Virus record (IMG/VR): IMGVR_UViG_3300033406_000405
Span: 1-46,645 of that record
Source: a virus
Taxonomy: Duplodnaviria > Caudoviricetes
Length of the DNA stretch: 46,645 bases
Direction: 5' to 3' (one strand)
Both the position numbers and the translations under genes were made by a program. Position 1 is the first letter of the stretch, and each line of letters opens with the position of its first letter. Below are positions 7,518-16,947 of this stretch, piece by piece. The notes beneath the pieces are model-generated. The model had not been told where the DNA came from, made no database searches, and saw nothing but the letters and a program-made list of their open reading frames with translations.

Positions 7518-9212
7518 TTATACCTTAAACTTTCTTACAACATTCTGCATTTCCTCTGCCATTTTAGCCAATGCCTGACTTGAAGAAGCGATTTCTTCTA
7601 TAGAGGCAGACTGTTCTTCAGAGGCGGCTGATACTGTCTGTGTCTGACTTGCCGTATTCTTACTAACTGAAACAATCCGTTGCACGGATGATACAATTTG
7701 TTGACTACCGCCAGCCATTTGCTGAACATTGGCCGAAATGTCAGCTACCTGAGAGGAAACCGTATTAATAAGTTCTACTATCTCTCCAAATTTCTTTCCG
7801 GCACTATTTACTACTTCCGTTCCTGTTTTTACATCCTGCGCACCAGTATTCATGGCCACAACTGCTTTTTCCGTATCAGATCTAATCTCACCGATAAGTA
7901 TGGCTATTTTTTGAGTCGATTCCTGTGACTGTTCGGCTAATTTTCGCACTTCTTCGGCTACCACGGCAAAACCTCGTCCCTGCTCTCCTGCCCTGGCTGC
8001 TTCGATGGCCGCGTTAAGGGCCAACAAATTAGTTTGTCCGGCAATACTGGAAATAACTTCAACAATTTGACCGATTTCCTGCGAACGTTCATTTAGTTTG
8101 CTAACTGCATCAGCAGCTTCCAACGTAGATTGTTCAATTGACGCCATTTGATTAACGGCCTGCCCAACAATCTCACTGCCAGATTTAGCCGATTTAAAAG
8201 TTGTATCTGTTACTCCTGCCACAGTATTAGCATTGGCTGCGGCTTGCTGCATTCCCGCTGACATTTCCTGAACCACAGTTGCCGCTTCATCAGCAGCACT
8301 CATTTGAGCATCAGCCCCCCGGGCCACTTCTGTTATAGATCCCGCCACCTGATTAGTGGCTTGAGCAGACTGTTCCGTGCTGGCCGAAAGCTGTTCCGCA
8401 GAAGCTGCCAATGTTTCCGATGAAGTAACAATCTTCTTAAGAACATTGCTAATGCTAGTAATCATTTTTGCCATGGCTCTCGCTAGCTCGCCAGTTTCGT
8501 CTTTGGCACGAAGGAATTTTTCCTCAACCTTAAAACTAAAATCACCGTCCGCCAGTTTATTTAAATCCATAATAACAAGTTTAAGAGGCCCGGTAACAGA
8601 TCTCGTTATCATTATAGCGGTAGCTATTCCTAGTATTATCGCTACCATAGTCAATACCAGTAGGGTGATTTGAGCCTTATGCCCCATTGTCTGAGCATCA
8701 TCAAACCCATCATTCATTTGCTTTTCCCTAAACACAAGATATTCATCAATTTTATTTCGAATATCAGAGGCGGCTGGTGCCATTTCACTCCCCATAACAC
8801 TGACTACTTCGTCCATTTTACCAGCATTTTTTAGAGGAACAGTTTTTTCCATTGCTATCTTATCATATTTTTCATTTAAAGCTTTAATATCCCGAGCAAA
8901 CTGTTTTCCTTTCTCCGTAAGAGCTCTATCATTTAGTTCCTGTAAAATTGTGTCATCTTCTTTATAAAGCTTTTTATAGTCATCAATAAACGATTCCTTA
9001 CCTGTAATGCAAAATCCCCGAATAGCCGCCACTTTTAAAGCACTATGCTGTGCTAAAATATAAGTTTTTTGATACAGGACCAGGTTAATCTCCTGCAAAT
9101 TATCACTCGTTGTATTCATATTCCCAATTAAAAATACCCCAATGCCACAAGATATCGCCGTAATCGCCAGAACAATAATAAAGCCCATCAATATTTTTGC
9201 ACCGATCTTCAT
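7518..9212 (-). CDS. Methyl-accepting chemotaxis protein (2 TM, four-helix sensor, HAMP, signalling domain)
   Basis: [58 protein letters not shown] at 9212 after GGGGAGG. Confidence 0.95.
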   Translation of the reverse strand: MKIGAKILMGFIIVLAITAISCGIGVFLIGNMNTTSDNLQEINLVLYQKTYILAQHSALKVAAIRGFCITGKESFIDDYKKLYKEDDTILQELNDRALTEKGKQFARDIKALNEKYDKIAMEKTVPLKNAGKMDEVVSVMGSEMAPAASDIRNKIDEYLVFREKQMNDGFDDAQTMGHKAQITLLVLTMVAIILGIATAIMITRSVTGPLKLVIMDLNKLADGDFSFKVEEKFLRAKDETGELARAMAKMITSISNVLKKIVTSSETLAASAEQLSASTEQSAQATNQVAGSITEVARGADAQMSAADEAATVVQEMSAGMQQAAANANTVAGVTDTTFKSAKSGSEIVGQAVNQMASIEQSTLEAADAVSKLNERSQEIGQIVEVISSIAGQTNLLALNAAIEAARAGEQGRGFAVVAEEVRKLAEQSQESTQKIAILIGEIRSDTEKAVVAMNTGAQDVKTGTEVVNSAGKKFGEIVELINTVSSQVADISANVQQMAGGSQQIVSSVQRIVSVSKNTASQTQTVSAASEEQSASIEEIASSSQALAKMAEEMQNVVRKFKV

Positions 9213-9256
9213 TATGCATCCTCCCCTGCCGTATAATAGCACCTCTCTCATCTCAC

Positions 9257-9290
9257 CATGTAGTTATATCTCTAGAAATATAACTACATG
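9257..9290. promoter_or_regulatory. 34-bp near-perfect palindrome in the MCP leader
   Basis: CATGTAGTTATATcTCTAGAaATATAACTACATG, one mismatched pair. Confidence 0.6.
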
Positions 9291-9462
9291 TAACTTTACA
9301 CGCTAGATTAGCACTAACGCCTTTACTTTTTACGTTTCTCTTATATAGTTAGTTATTTAATATCATTGGTCATTGATTCTATACTACTTATCTACACCTC
9401 CCTATTCTTCGGGTTTTCTTATTATGCTTTAAATATCTTTCCCTCCTTCCTATGTAATCAAA

Positions 9463-9498
9463 TAAGATTGCAAGGCACTGTGAATCCTTGCAATCTTA
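9463..9498. terminator. Hairpin upstream of the MCP gene (terminator or attenuator)
   Basis: TAAGATTGCAAGG-N10-CCTTGCAATCTTA. Confidence 0.55.
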
Positions 9499-9725
9499 AA
9501 AACGTACATACCCTTTATCCCAAGACTTTAAGTCTACTATAATATATTGAAATTTACGACATTTTATCTCAATTTCCTCTATATTTCGCCTATACATTTA
9601 AAAATTTTATTAGTTTTTGTATAAAAATGTCACTTTCAATTAAACATAAACCTTTATAATCATCTGTCCATACAGGAACTAAGTTAAGCAACCCACAATG
9701 GATAGCTCCTTCTCCTCTTTCTTAA

Positions 9726-9770
9726 AAACCACTTACCTTCATCATCAAGTATATAAACTGGCTTGCCCAT
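9726..9770 (-). pseudogene. Relic 3' end of a second copy of the DinB-associated small gene
   Basis: 38/45 nt identical to 5191-5235. Encodes MGKPVYILDDEGKWF versus MGKQVYFFDDEGKWF. Confidence 0.8.
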
Positions 9771-9969
9771 TGCTTGATAAATTATCTAAACTATTTCAGC
9801 AACCTTTTCAACTTTAGTTGCAGAAATACCCTGTATAAAAAAGATACCTTTAATAATAAGGAGGGAAATAAATAAATTGACTAGACAGACGCATCCACCT
9901 GGCCTATATGTTGATTTCCAACCAAACCATTTCCTTAATATAGGCATTATATTCACCATAACCTTTAAA

Positions 9970-10443
9970 TCAGGCAGTTTCATATTTCACCATCAACGGT
10001 TGCAATTTACGGTATAAGTCAGCCGGGGTCACATTATCAGCGCTGAAATCTGGGAATATGTTAAGACCACCAGCCTGCAGTATCCTGGTGACAGCCTCCG
10101 AACAATCTACCGTTTTTTCTCCATCGCCAGGTACCGTTACTCCTAAAAGGTCATGCAAACCGCCATCAACGCATGCTCGATAACCATACGGTGTACCTAA
10201 CAGCTTTTCAGCTTCTGCCTCTGCTGATGCGATGTCCGGCATATCAATGGAAACTATGGTATGCTTAAATCCGTCATAAGCCGTCAATTCAGACTTAACA
10301 AAACCATCTTCCAAGGCTTCCAGTATTCCACCCAACATAAATATTCCGGTATGGCTTGGGTCTTCACCAGGCCCTTCTACTCTATCGATTAACCTCCCGA
10401 ACGGTGAAACCGCATAGCTAAACAATACCTTAACCTGTGCCAT
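9970..10443 (-). CDS. Permuted papain-like NlpC/P60 (YiiX/C92-like) enzyme
   Basis: His precedes Cys: PSHTGI...EAL...LLGTPYGY...DCSEAV...VTPADL. Confidence 0.75.
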   Translation of the reverse strand: MAQVKVLFSYAVSPFGRLIDRVEGPGEDPSHTGIFMLGGILEALEDGFVKSELTAYDGFKHTIVSIDMPDIASAEAEAEKLLGTPYGYRACVDGGLHDLLGVTVPGDGEKTVDCSEAVTRILQAGGLNIFPDFSADNVTPADLYRKLQPLMVKYETA

Positions 10444-10445
10444 TT

Positions 10446-10637
10446 CTACCCCTCCATTAATTGTTTTGCATAATCAAATGCTTGGTTGGTCAGTTCAACA
10501 CCCGCTTTAAACTTTTGACCGGCTTCATCCAATGGCTGGCCAGTGGCTAATCCATTCACAAAAACGCAAAACATTTTTTCTATACAACAGCCGTACGCAT
10601 CTTCCAGAGCATCTTGATAAACCTTTGTATCATCCAA
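10446..10637 (-). CDS. Hypothetical protein (63 aa)
   Basis: TTG after GGGAGG. Its stop is 2 nt before the next start. Confidence 0.65.
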   Translation of the reverse strand: MDDTKVYQDALEDAYGCCIEKMFCVFVNGLATGQPLDEAGQKFKAGVELTNQAFDYAKQLMEG

Positions 10638-10656
10638 AATAAAACCTCCCAAATAC

Positions 10657-10686
10657 AAAAATAGCCCCGGTATTAACCGGGGCTAT
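10657..10686 (-). terminator. Intrinsic terminator
   Basis: ATAGCCCCGGT/ACCGGGGCTAT stem with T-tract on the minus strand. Confidence 0.75.
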
Positions 10687-10693
10687 CGCAATT

Positions 10694-11482
10694 TTACTTA
10701 CCTTGAGCTTTCTTTTCGTTTGCTAATACTTTATTTAAATACGATTCAATCTTATCCGTAAGTGCAGTGACCAAAGTGGAAATTACCACGGTCTTAATTG
10801 CTGTCAGAACGGCTTTCTCCATGTTGTCGCGGATCTTGACCCACAGGCTCGAAGTCGTGCTAATCTCCGTTTCCAGATCCGCGATAACCTGGGTAACGGC
10901 TTCCGTCGAAGCATCTGTAATGAGATCAGACAGTTCACTTAACACTTCGGTAATAACCGTAGTGACCGCACTCTCAGCCGTGGCAATAAGGGTAATCGTA
11001 CCGGAAACAGTGTCCCCGGCTTCCACCGCTACGACAATAGAATTTGAGGTATAGCCGTCCAAAGAAGCAGTAAAAGTCTGGTCACCTACGGCCAAATCAC
11101 TTAAGGTTGCATTGCCATCGGTGCCGGTAGTGGCCGAAGTTGTAACATCGTTAATTACAACGCTGACCGTTGCACCTGCTAAAGCCGTTTCTGCACTATT
11201 TTGAACGGTGATTGTCGCATTTCCCGTAGTAGCGGTATCCGCATCAGCTTTCAAATTGAACTTGTTATCCATGTTAAAAAACACTCCCTTAATTTTTTTA
11301 TTTGTCCACCGCAGTAAACGGGCGATGGTCCGTAAACCCCATGGTATGGCCTGGGCAACTTCTCTCTCTGCAGCATTAAAAATCGCCACCTTTGCGGCCT
11401 CTAGTTCAGCCTGCACGGGCGGCGATTCAGCAAGTTTTATTAGTTCAGGTACTACCTGTTTCTCAAATTCCGCAAGGTCCAT
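10694..11482 (-). CDS. Protein with central carboxypeptidase-regulatory/Ig-like domain and helical termini
   Basis: GNATITVQNSAETALAGATVSV...TTGTDGNATLSDLAVGDQTFTASLDGY. ATG at 11482 after GGGGG. Confidence 0.7.
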   Translation of the reverse strand: MDLAEFEKQVVPELIKLAESPPVQAELEAAKVAIFNAAEREVAQAIPWGLRTIARLLRWTNKKIKGVFFNMDNKFNLKADADTATTGNATITVQNSAETALAGATVSVVINDVTTSATTGTDGNATLSDLAVGDQTFTASLDGYTSNSIVVAVEAGDTVSGTITLIATAESAVTTVITEVLSELSDLITDASTEAVTQVIADLETEISTTSSLWVKIRDNMEKAVLTAIKTVVISTLVTALTDKIESYLNKVLANEKKAQGK

Positions 11483-11484
11483 AA

Positions 11485-12231
11485 TTACCCCCTGCTTGTC
11501 CAGCAATCACTGGAAAATTTCTCGTAATACTCATAAGGTAAATAACAATATCCGGCATCTCCCCAGACGTAGCCCCATGAATTTCTAACGATCAACTGAC
11601 TTTTGTCATCATCATAGCCCACAACAAGCACTGCATGGCCGCCTAAAAGTTGTTCAGTTTCAGTGTTCGGCATCGGAGCAATGCCGGTATTAGCCACTTC
11701 GTCCGATTCGAAAGATTCATAGACATCAATCCCGATCACTACGGGCAACCCCTCCGCCAGAGCCGCTTTAAGGCTGGCCAGCGAGGTAATGCGGTGATAC
11801 TCTTGGACTTTGTACGGTGCAGCGTCAGCAACCATTTGCTCAGTCGGAGTATTAGTGAAAGTCGTGATATCGTATGGCCAATCCACTTCCGGGCAAACGC
11901 CGATCTGGTTTAGCACCTTCATACCGTCACGAATCTCTGCACCGCTATCCTCGTTTACTGTACCTTCGAGTGAACGTTCTTCCCAATACAAGAACAACCG
12001 GGATAACGCTACCCACTTGGTTTCCTTGTTGATTAAGAGGTATTCTCGCAATCCTGATGCAATGGCATTAGCCGTGCAACTTCCGAGTTCTCCCTGGTTT
12101 ACTACCGGACTACACTTTTTTCTCAAATCCATTTTTGCCGGCAAGTGGGCTTCCGCTTTAAAACTCGCGGAACAAAAAATATGGTCCCTTAAGTCTGGAG
12201 TATCCTTTTTGAGCCGATACTTATGTTTCAT
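11485..12231 (-). CDS. Papain-family (C1A) cysteine peptidase
   Basis: NQGELGSCTANA (Q, C), GGHAVLVVGY (H), IVRNSWG (N). ATG at 12231 after GAGGAGG. No signal peptide. Confidence 0.93.
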   Translation of the reverse strand: MKHKYRLKKDTPDLRDHIFCSASFKAEAHLPAKMDLRKKCSPVVNQGELGSCTANAIASGLREYLLINKETKWVALSRLFLYWEERSLEGTVNEDSGAEIRDGMKVLNQIGVCPEVDWPYDITTFTNTPTEQMVADAAPYKVQEYHRITSLASLKAALAEGLPVVIGIDVYESFESDEVANTGIAPMPNTETEQLLGGHAVLVVGYDDDKSQLIVRNSWGYVWGDAGYCYLPYEYYEKFSSDCWTSRG

Positions 12232-12314
12232 AAAGCAATTCCTCCTCATTAAAATTAAAAGCCATCTGCTTTAATAACAGCGGCTAATTACCAGGCTTAT
12301 TAAAGTGGGCTTTA

Positions 12315-12863
12315 CTAACCATTATACAAATACCAAAGCGCTTTTCCCCGCAATATATCTCCACCTGAGCCAGGGGTATCTCTTGCTTTAATCACCCAGA
12401 AATCCCACCTTTCGCATGAATTATTTGGACCATATTTCCCATCTGGGCATCCGTTTTGTTCATACCCAGGGTTTAGTCCGTCCATATTGTCGGCAGCCTC
12501 CGCGTGCGTCATGAAATGTTGAATGTCAATCGGTAGATTTAACTCTTCACTCAGTACCGCCATGACTTGGGCAATCGTCTCGATCTGCGCGTCAGTCGGC
12601 GGTTCAGGGCCAAGGTTATCAGTAGAGTGCGCATCGTAGGCACATAACGCCGCAATGGCTACCGTCCCGGTATTGCGCATGTAGGTATGCTTAAGATAGG
12701 TTGTTAGGTCATCGACTGTAACAATGAGCGTACCGTCGGCATCAACCAGAATGTGATAATCGGTAAATTGCTGGCCATAATGACCGGCTGTCCAATGGAT
12801 ATATACGTGACCAATTTTACCCTCTGCGGCTTTAGCAAATTCTCTAATACCTGATAGATTCAT
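12315..12863 (-). CDS. Endolysin, N-acetylmuramoyl-L-alanine amidase (Amidase_2-like), no cell-wall-binding domain
   Basis: YIHWTAG, YHILVDADG, HTYMRNTGTVAIA, MTHAEAAD. ATG at 12863 after AAGGAGG. Confidence 0.85.
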   Translation of the reverse strand: MNLSGIREFAKAAEGKIGHVYIHWTAGHYGQQFTDYHILVDADGTLIVTVDDLTTYLKHTYMRNTGTVAIAALCAYDAHSTDNLGPEPPTDAQIETIAQVMAVLSEELNLPIDIQHFMTHAEAADNMDGLNPGYEQNGCPDGKYGPNNSCERWDFWVIKARDTPGSGGDILRGKALWYLYNG

Positions 12864-12969
12864 TTTCCAAGCCTCCTTTCGATTCACAAGAAGAGTGCCG
12901 CCTAAATTAGACGGCACTTCTTTTATATAATGTAACATTTTAAAGGGCATTAAAAGTGTCACTGTTATG

Positions 12970-13152
12970 TCATTTTAGCAGCTTCTCCAATAGCACTACC
13001 ACCAATGCCGTGATGATTCCGCTTGTGCCAGCCGCTTTCCATACCGCCATTTCCAATTCCCGAAGCCTTTTAAAAATATCATCATCGTTTTTTTCCAATT
13101 GTATAAGTCTAGCCTCATGACCCGCATGTACTATACAATCTTTTTCTCCCAC
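12970..13152 (-). CDS. Holin-like / XhlA-like protein (coiled coil plus one C-terminal TM)
   Basis: HEARLIQLEKNDDDIFKRLRELE, then AAGTSGIITALVVVLL. Immediately upstream of the endolysin. Confidence 0.7.
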   Translation of the reverse strand: MGEKDCIVHAGHEARLIQLEKNDDDIFKRLRELEMAVWKAAGTSGIITALVVVLLEKLLK

Positions 13153-13179
13153 GCCTTTCCCGCCTCCCAATAATAAAAT

Positions 13180-13195
13180 AGACGCCGAAGCGTCT
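13180..13195 (-). terminator. Terminator after tailspike cassette B
   Basis: AGACGC-TTCG-GCGTCT plus T-rich tail. Confidence 0.65.
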
Positions 13196-13671
13196 TAACT
13201 CCCCAATGACTCTTTCCATGTCCATGTGACGATTCCATCGGTAACTGTCCCTGCCGTAGCCGTGGGTGCTGTAGTTCCCGAAGTCCCGGCAGTTGTGCAA
13301 GTATAAACGTTTTTTCCATAGTACACTATATCGTTTTCGCTATAAGCTGTTGACGCAACCCATAGCGCAGGAGTACCGGCATCCATGTAATCCATGAGAA
13401 ACCAAAGATCGTCTTGTCTGTACTCACCAGATGGTTTTCCACTGGCCCATGAAGGACTTTCTGACATCAGAAGTGTGTAATTATCACCACTGATGTTATA
13501 GTTTTCGTAACTAAGAGCATTACCAGATGAATCATAATAAGTAACTTGAACATTAACCACTTTCATACTGAGATTTCGAATAATATTCGTGATTTCTTCA
13601 GTAACGGCGGTACTATTTACAACGGTTTCCGTTGTCGTTTGGATAGTCTTTTCAATGCTTCTACTACTCAA
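13195..13671 (-). CDS. Tailspike-associated protein B with C-terminal CBM5/12-like module
   Basis: [34 protein letters not shown]...VTWTW. Paralog of 16453-16929. Start is TTG 13671 or GTG 13680. Confidence 0.75.
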   Translation of the reverse strand: MSSRSIEKTIQTTTETVVNSTAVTEEITNIIRNLSMKVVNVQVTYYDSSGNALSYENYNISGDNYTLLMSESPSWASGKPSGEYRQDDLWFLMDYMDAGTPALWVASTAYSENDIVYYGKNVYTCTTAGTSGTTAPTATAGTVTDGIVTWTWKESLGS

Positions 13672-13684
13672 ATTTCTCACCCCT

Positions 13685-16411
13685 TTACGAAATAGTGAAG
13701 GTCGTTGAATATGGCCTTCCCATTTTATTTAATTCATACGTGGTGTCGTAAACATCTCCAGTGATCGCTAAACTAAAGCTATCACCAGAAGTTAACGTAG
13801 ACGCTGGGGTAATAATCAAAACATTACTACTTACCGAATACGTGCAGGTTATTGCTGTTGAAGTAGTTGTATCCGTGAGCGTGATCGTTGATGAGGAACA
13901 AGATGCGCTTGTAATAGCCTTGTTAAAAGTAACCGTGATCGCCGTCGATGAGGTTGTAATACTACTTACGCTTGGCGTAGTAAATGCCGGAGTATAAGAA
14001 GCCCATGCACCGCTAACACATTTATAAAAAGCATTAGTGTCATAGGCATAATAGATATTTCCGTTATACGTGGAGGATGCGGTTGGCATATTGGCGTAGG
14101 TTCCCATACTGATTATTGTCCTTGTAGAATCGTACACTCCGAAAACGTCCGAATACCAGTAATATTTACCAGCGGTTCCCGTTCCGTTAAATACACTTCT
14201 AGTTTGTAAATCATAGACTAGCGTTCCGCTTGGAATGGTTAGTGTTGATAGATAAGCCGCAGTCCCAAAGTACGGGTAGCCGGTGGTCAGCAACCATTGT
14301 CCGCTACTATCTAAGGTTAGGGTATTAGTATAGTAACCGGCAATCATTTGTAGACAATTATAAGACGTGCTTGTCGTTGTTGAATTACGGAGCTTATATA
14401 ATTCTTCCGGGTAATAATCTGCTGGTCGACGCTTCAAAAGACTTAAATTACTTACCTTTTTAGATGTTATACTTCCACTATCGTCTACCGTCAGCATATA
14501 GTAATAGCCCGAAGGTGACTTAATAACTGGTCCGTTGACTTCTTTGTCGAAGGATTCAAATGTAATGGGTCTGGTAGTCATTGATTTTATATCAGATAAT
14601 TTATAGTTTCCTATATGAGCGTTGTTATCTTCGAAGGTTCGTAATGTAGAGTTGTAGTCCACTGTAGGGTCTACGGAAGATACTCCATATTGCTTATTAT
14701 TAATGTCTACATAAGAATAATCACTATTAATTTGTATACTTTGATATTCGGATAAAGTACCACTTGTAGTTATACTAGAAAGGGGTATATCTGTTTTTAT
14801 AGTAGTTCGATAGGCTCCCGTTAATAAATATAGATTCATTGAAGTTTCATTGCCCAATATTTCGTATGATCCACAGCCTAACGTGCATTGACCGGCGGTT
14901 GTTCCGTAAAATCTATTTCCTTCTAGGCGTACTTTCGGTGCAATTCGTAAGCTAACCTTATCTGATGATACTAAAGATTCAATGCTTGTACTACTGTCAA
15001 CTGAAATTCCCGCTAAAGCGATTCCCTGCGTACCGATGTTTTCAAAATAGCAATTTCTAATTGTAAAAATAGATGTATCTGAACCTGTCGCTGTAAAATC
15101 TGACGTATAAAACCCCAAAAAACCATATTTAAATCCTTCAATAATGCAACCATCGAAAACAATCGCATTAAGCATAGACTCTATACGAAATGCTTGACTC
15201 GTACATCTAAGAGCGTAATTAGTATCGGTTTCACTGGAACCTTGGGCCACGAATTTTGAAATGGAAGAAGTAAAATCAAGTTTTACGTTTTTAAATTTAA
15301 TTGTATTAATTTCAAAAGCTGATGTTCCAGGAGAAAATTGAACACCCCTGTAACAATTTCTAATACATGATTCGCCCGAAACTTGACCGTAATATGTATC
15401 GGCTAATTTTAATCCGCAATAGCAATTTAATATAGTTACATTATGGAGTAACCATATATTAGCCTCTGAAATGCTTATACCGTTAGAAACATAATCTCCA
15501 TCAAGGGTTATACCGTCAATTGTGAGATATTGTGGATATTTTACGCTTGTAGAATTCGTCCAGGTTATTAAATTGCCGGAAAACCCATTAGATGTTAAAG
15601 TAACCCCATTTGCTTGGATATAGATTTGCTTCGTTTGGGGCGGTATAGTTACGGCGGCAGACATTATATAGTCACCAGGTGGAATTTTTATATGTCCTCT
15701 CTGCGTGGTTGATGAATTAGCATAATTCAATGCCGCCTGTATCCCGCACCAATCTATTTCGTTGGTTAATGCTGTAGCAAAAGAATATACCGCCTGGGCT
15801 GCGGCTAGAGTTGAATAGTACGAAGACAACGGGTGACTAGAACCATCCCCAACAGCTCCAAAAGCCCGAACATCAATATGTGGGCCTTCTTTAATTTTTG
15901 CATCTAAAAGCTTCATGGTCCCGGTATAGTCTTGCAAAGCCAACTTTTCAGCTTCATCCGCACTAGCCGCCGCATTATCGGCATAAGTGGAAGCATTGGC
16001 TTCACTGGTAGCGGCGTTAGTTTCACTCTTTGCCGCCGCAGTTGCAGACGATCCAGCATTCGTTTCGCTTGCCGCGGCGTTGCTCTCTGATCTGGCAGCA
16101 TTGGTTTCACTGGTTTTAGCGTTAACTTCAATCGTTGCGGCGTTCGTAGCACTTGTGGTCGCGTTTTCTTCACTTGTCTTCGCGTTAACCTCACTGGTTG
16201 CGGCGTTCGTTTCAGAGGTTTTAGCATTCGTCTCACTTGTCGCGGCATTTGACTCCGATGTAGCCGCGTTTGCTTCACTTGATGCCGCTTCCTCGGCCTT
16301 TGTTGTGGCAATTTCCGCTTTCTTAGTGGCGGTACTGGCACTAGCTACAGCCTGAGCCACGGAAGCCTCGGAGCCTTGATCTACGACTACTACTGTTTTA
16401 GCCAAAAGCAC
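13685..16411 (-). CDS. Tailspike/receptor-binding protein B (coiled stalk, beta-helix, C-terminal Ig-like domain)
   Basis: 7-aa SETNAAT repeats, [20 protein letters not shown] beta-helix start, C-terminal ITVTFNKAI...LIITPASTL. Confidence 0.85.
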   Translation of the reverse strand: MLLAKTVVVVDQGSEASVAQAVASASTATKKAEIATTKAEEAASSEANAATSESNAATSETNAKTSETNAATSEVNAKTSEENATTSATNAATIEVNAKTSETNAARSESNAAASETNAGSSATAAAKSETNAATSEANASTYADNAAASADEAEKLALQDYTGTMKLLDAKIKEGPHIDVRAFGAVGDGSSHPLSSYYSTLAAAQAVYSFATALTNEIDWCGIQAALNYANSSTTQRGHIKIPPGDYIMSAAVTIPPQTKQIYIQANGVTLTSNGFSGNLITWTNSTSVKYPQYLTIDGITLDGDYVSNGISISEANIWLLHNVTILNCYCGLKLADTYYGQVSGESCIRNCYRGVQFSPGTSAFEINTIKFKNVKLDFTSSISKFVAQGSSETDTNYALRCTSQAFRIESMLNAIVFDGCIIEGFKYGFLGFYTSDFTATGSDTSIFTIRNCYFENIGTQGIALAGISVDSSTSIESLVSSDKVSLRIAPKVRLEGNRFYGTTAGQCTLGCGSYEILGNETSMNLYLLTGAYRTTIKTDIPLSSITTSGTLSEYQSIQINSDYSYVDINNKQYGVSSVDPTVDYNSTLRTFEDNNAHIGNYKLSDIKSMTTRPITFESFDKEVNGPVIKSPSGYYYMLTVDDSGSITSKKVSNLSLLKRRPADYYPEELYKLRNSTTTSTSYNCLQMIAGYYTNTLTLDSSGQWLLTTGYPYFGTAAYLSTLTIPSGTLVYDLQTRSVFNGTGTAGKYYWYSDVFGVYDSTRTIISMGTYANMPTASSTYNGNIYYAYDTNAFYKCVSGAWASYTPAFTTPSVSSITTSSTAITVTFNKAITSASCSSSTITLTDTTTSTAITCTYSVSSNVLIITPASTLTSGDSFSLAITGDVYDTTYELNKMGRPYSTTFTIS

Positions 16412-16430
16412 TCACCTCCTAATTCAGAAA

Positions 16431-16454
16431 ATAAAAAAAGACGCTTATGCGTCT
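16431..16454 (-). terminator. Terminator after tailspike cassette A
   Basis: AGACGC-ATAA-GCGTCT plus T-tract. Same stem as 13180-13195. Confidence 0.65.
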
Positions 16455-16929
16455 AGCTCCCCAAAGATTGTTTCCACGTCCATGTTACTGTACCGTCTGT
16501 CGCCGTGCCGCTCGTTGCCGTTGGTGCCGTGGTTCCTGATGTCCCGGCAGTTGTACAAGTATAGACGTTTTTACCGTAATAGGCTACATCATTAGCGGCA
16601 TAAGCCGTAGAGGCTACCCACAAGGCAGGTTCTCCTGCATCCATATAAGTAATCAAAAACCAAACATCTTCTTTTCGCCATTCATTTGCCGGTTTTCCAG
16701 TAGCCCATGACGGATTAGCGGACATTAACAAGGTGTAATTATCACTGGCAATCGTATAATTTTTTGTTGTAGTGGTGCTATCGGAGAGCGTATATTGGCA
16801 CGTCACCCCAACAGTGCTATTTGCTGAGTTTTCAACGATTTTGATAAGATCGACAGCCGTAGCATTTACTGTCTCGGTTTCGGTGGTGGCGGTAATTACC
16901 GTTAGCTCCACATCTGTAGAAATACTCAT
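16453..16929 (-). CDS. Tailspike-associated protein A with C-terminal CBM5/12-like module
   Basis: [18 protein letters not shown]...[10 protein letters not shown]...VTWTWKQSLGS. AAGGAG RBS. Confidence 0.75.
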   Translation of the reverse strand: MSISTDVELTVITATTETETVNATAVDLIKIVENSANSTVGVTCQYTLSDSTTTTKNYTIASDNYTLLMSANPSWATGKPANEWRKEDVWFLITYMDAGEPALWVASTAYAANDVAYYGKNVYTCTTAGTSGTTAPTATSGTATDGTVTWTWKQSLGS

Positions 16930-16947
16930 TAAAACAATCTCCTTTCG

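Noticed and set aside
9300-9540. c-di-GMP or other riboswitch before the MCP
   Set aside because: No GEMM or other aptamer consensus was recognised by eye. An Infernal scan is needed.
9786-9983. 65-aa ORF after the permuted NlpC/P60 gene
   Set aside because: Weak RBS, AT-rich, no recognisable motif. It lies at a recombination scar and cannot be supported.
15913-16355. Alternate-frame ORFs over tailspike B (142 aa minus, 122 aa plus)
   Set aside because: By-products of the 21-nt SETNAAT codon repeats, with no RBS.
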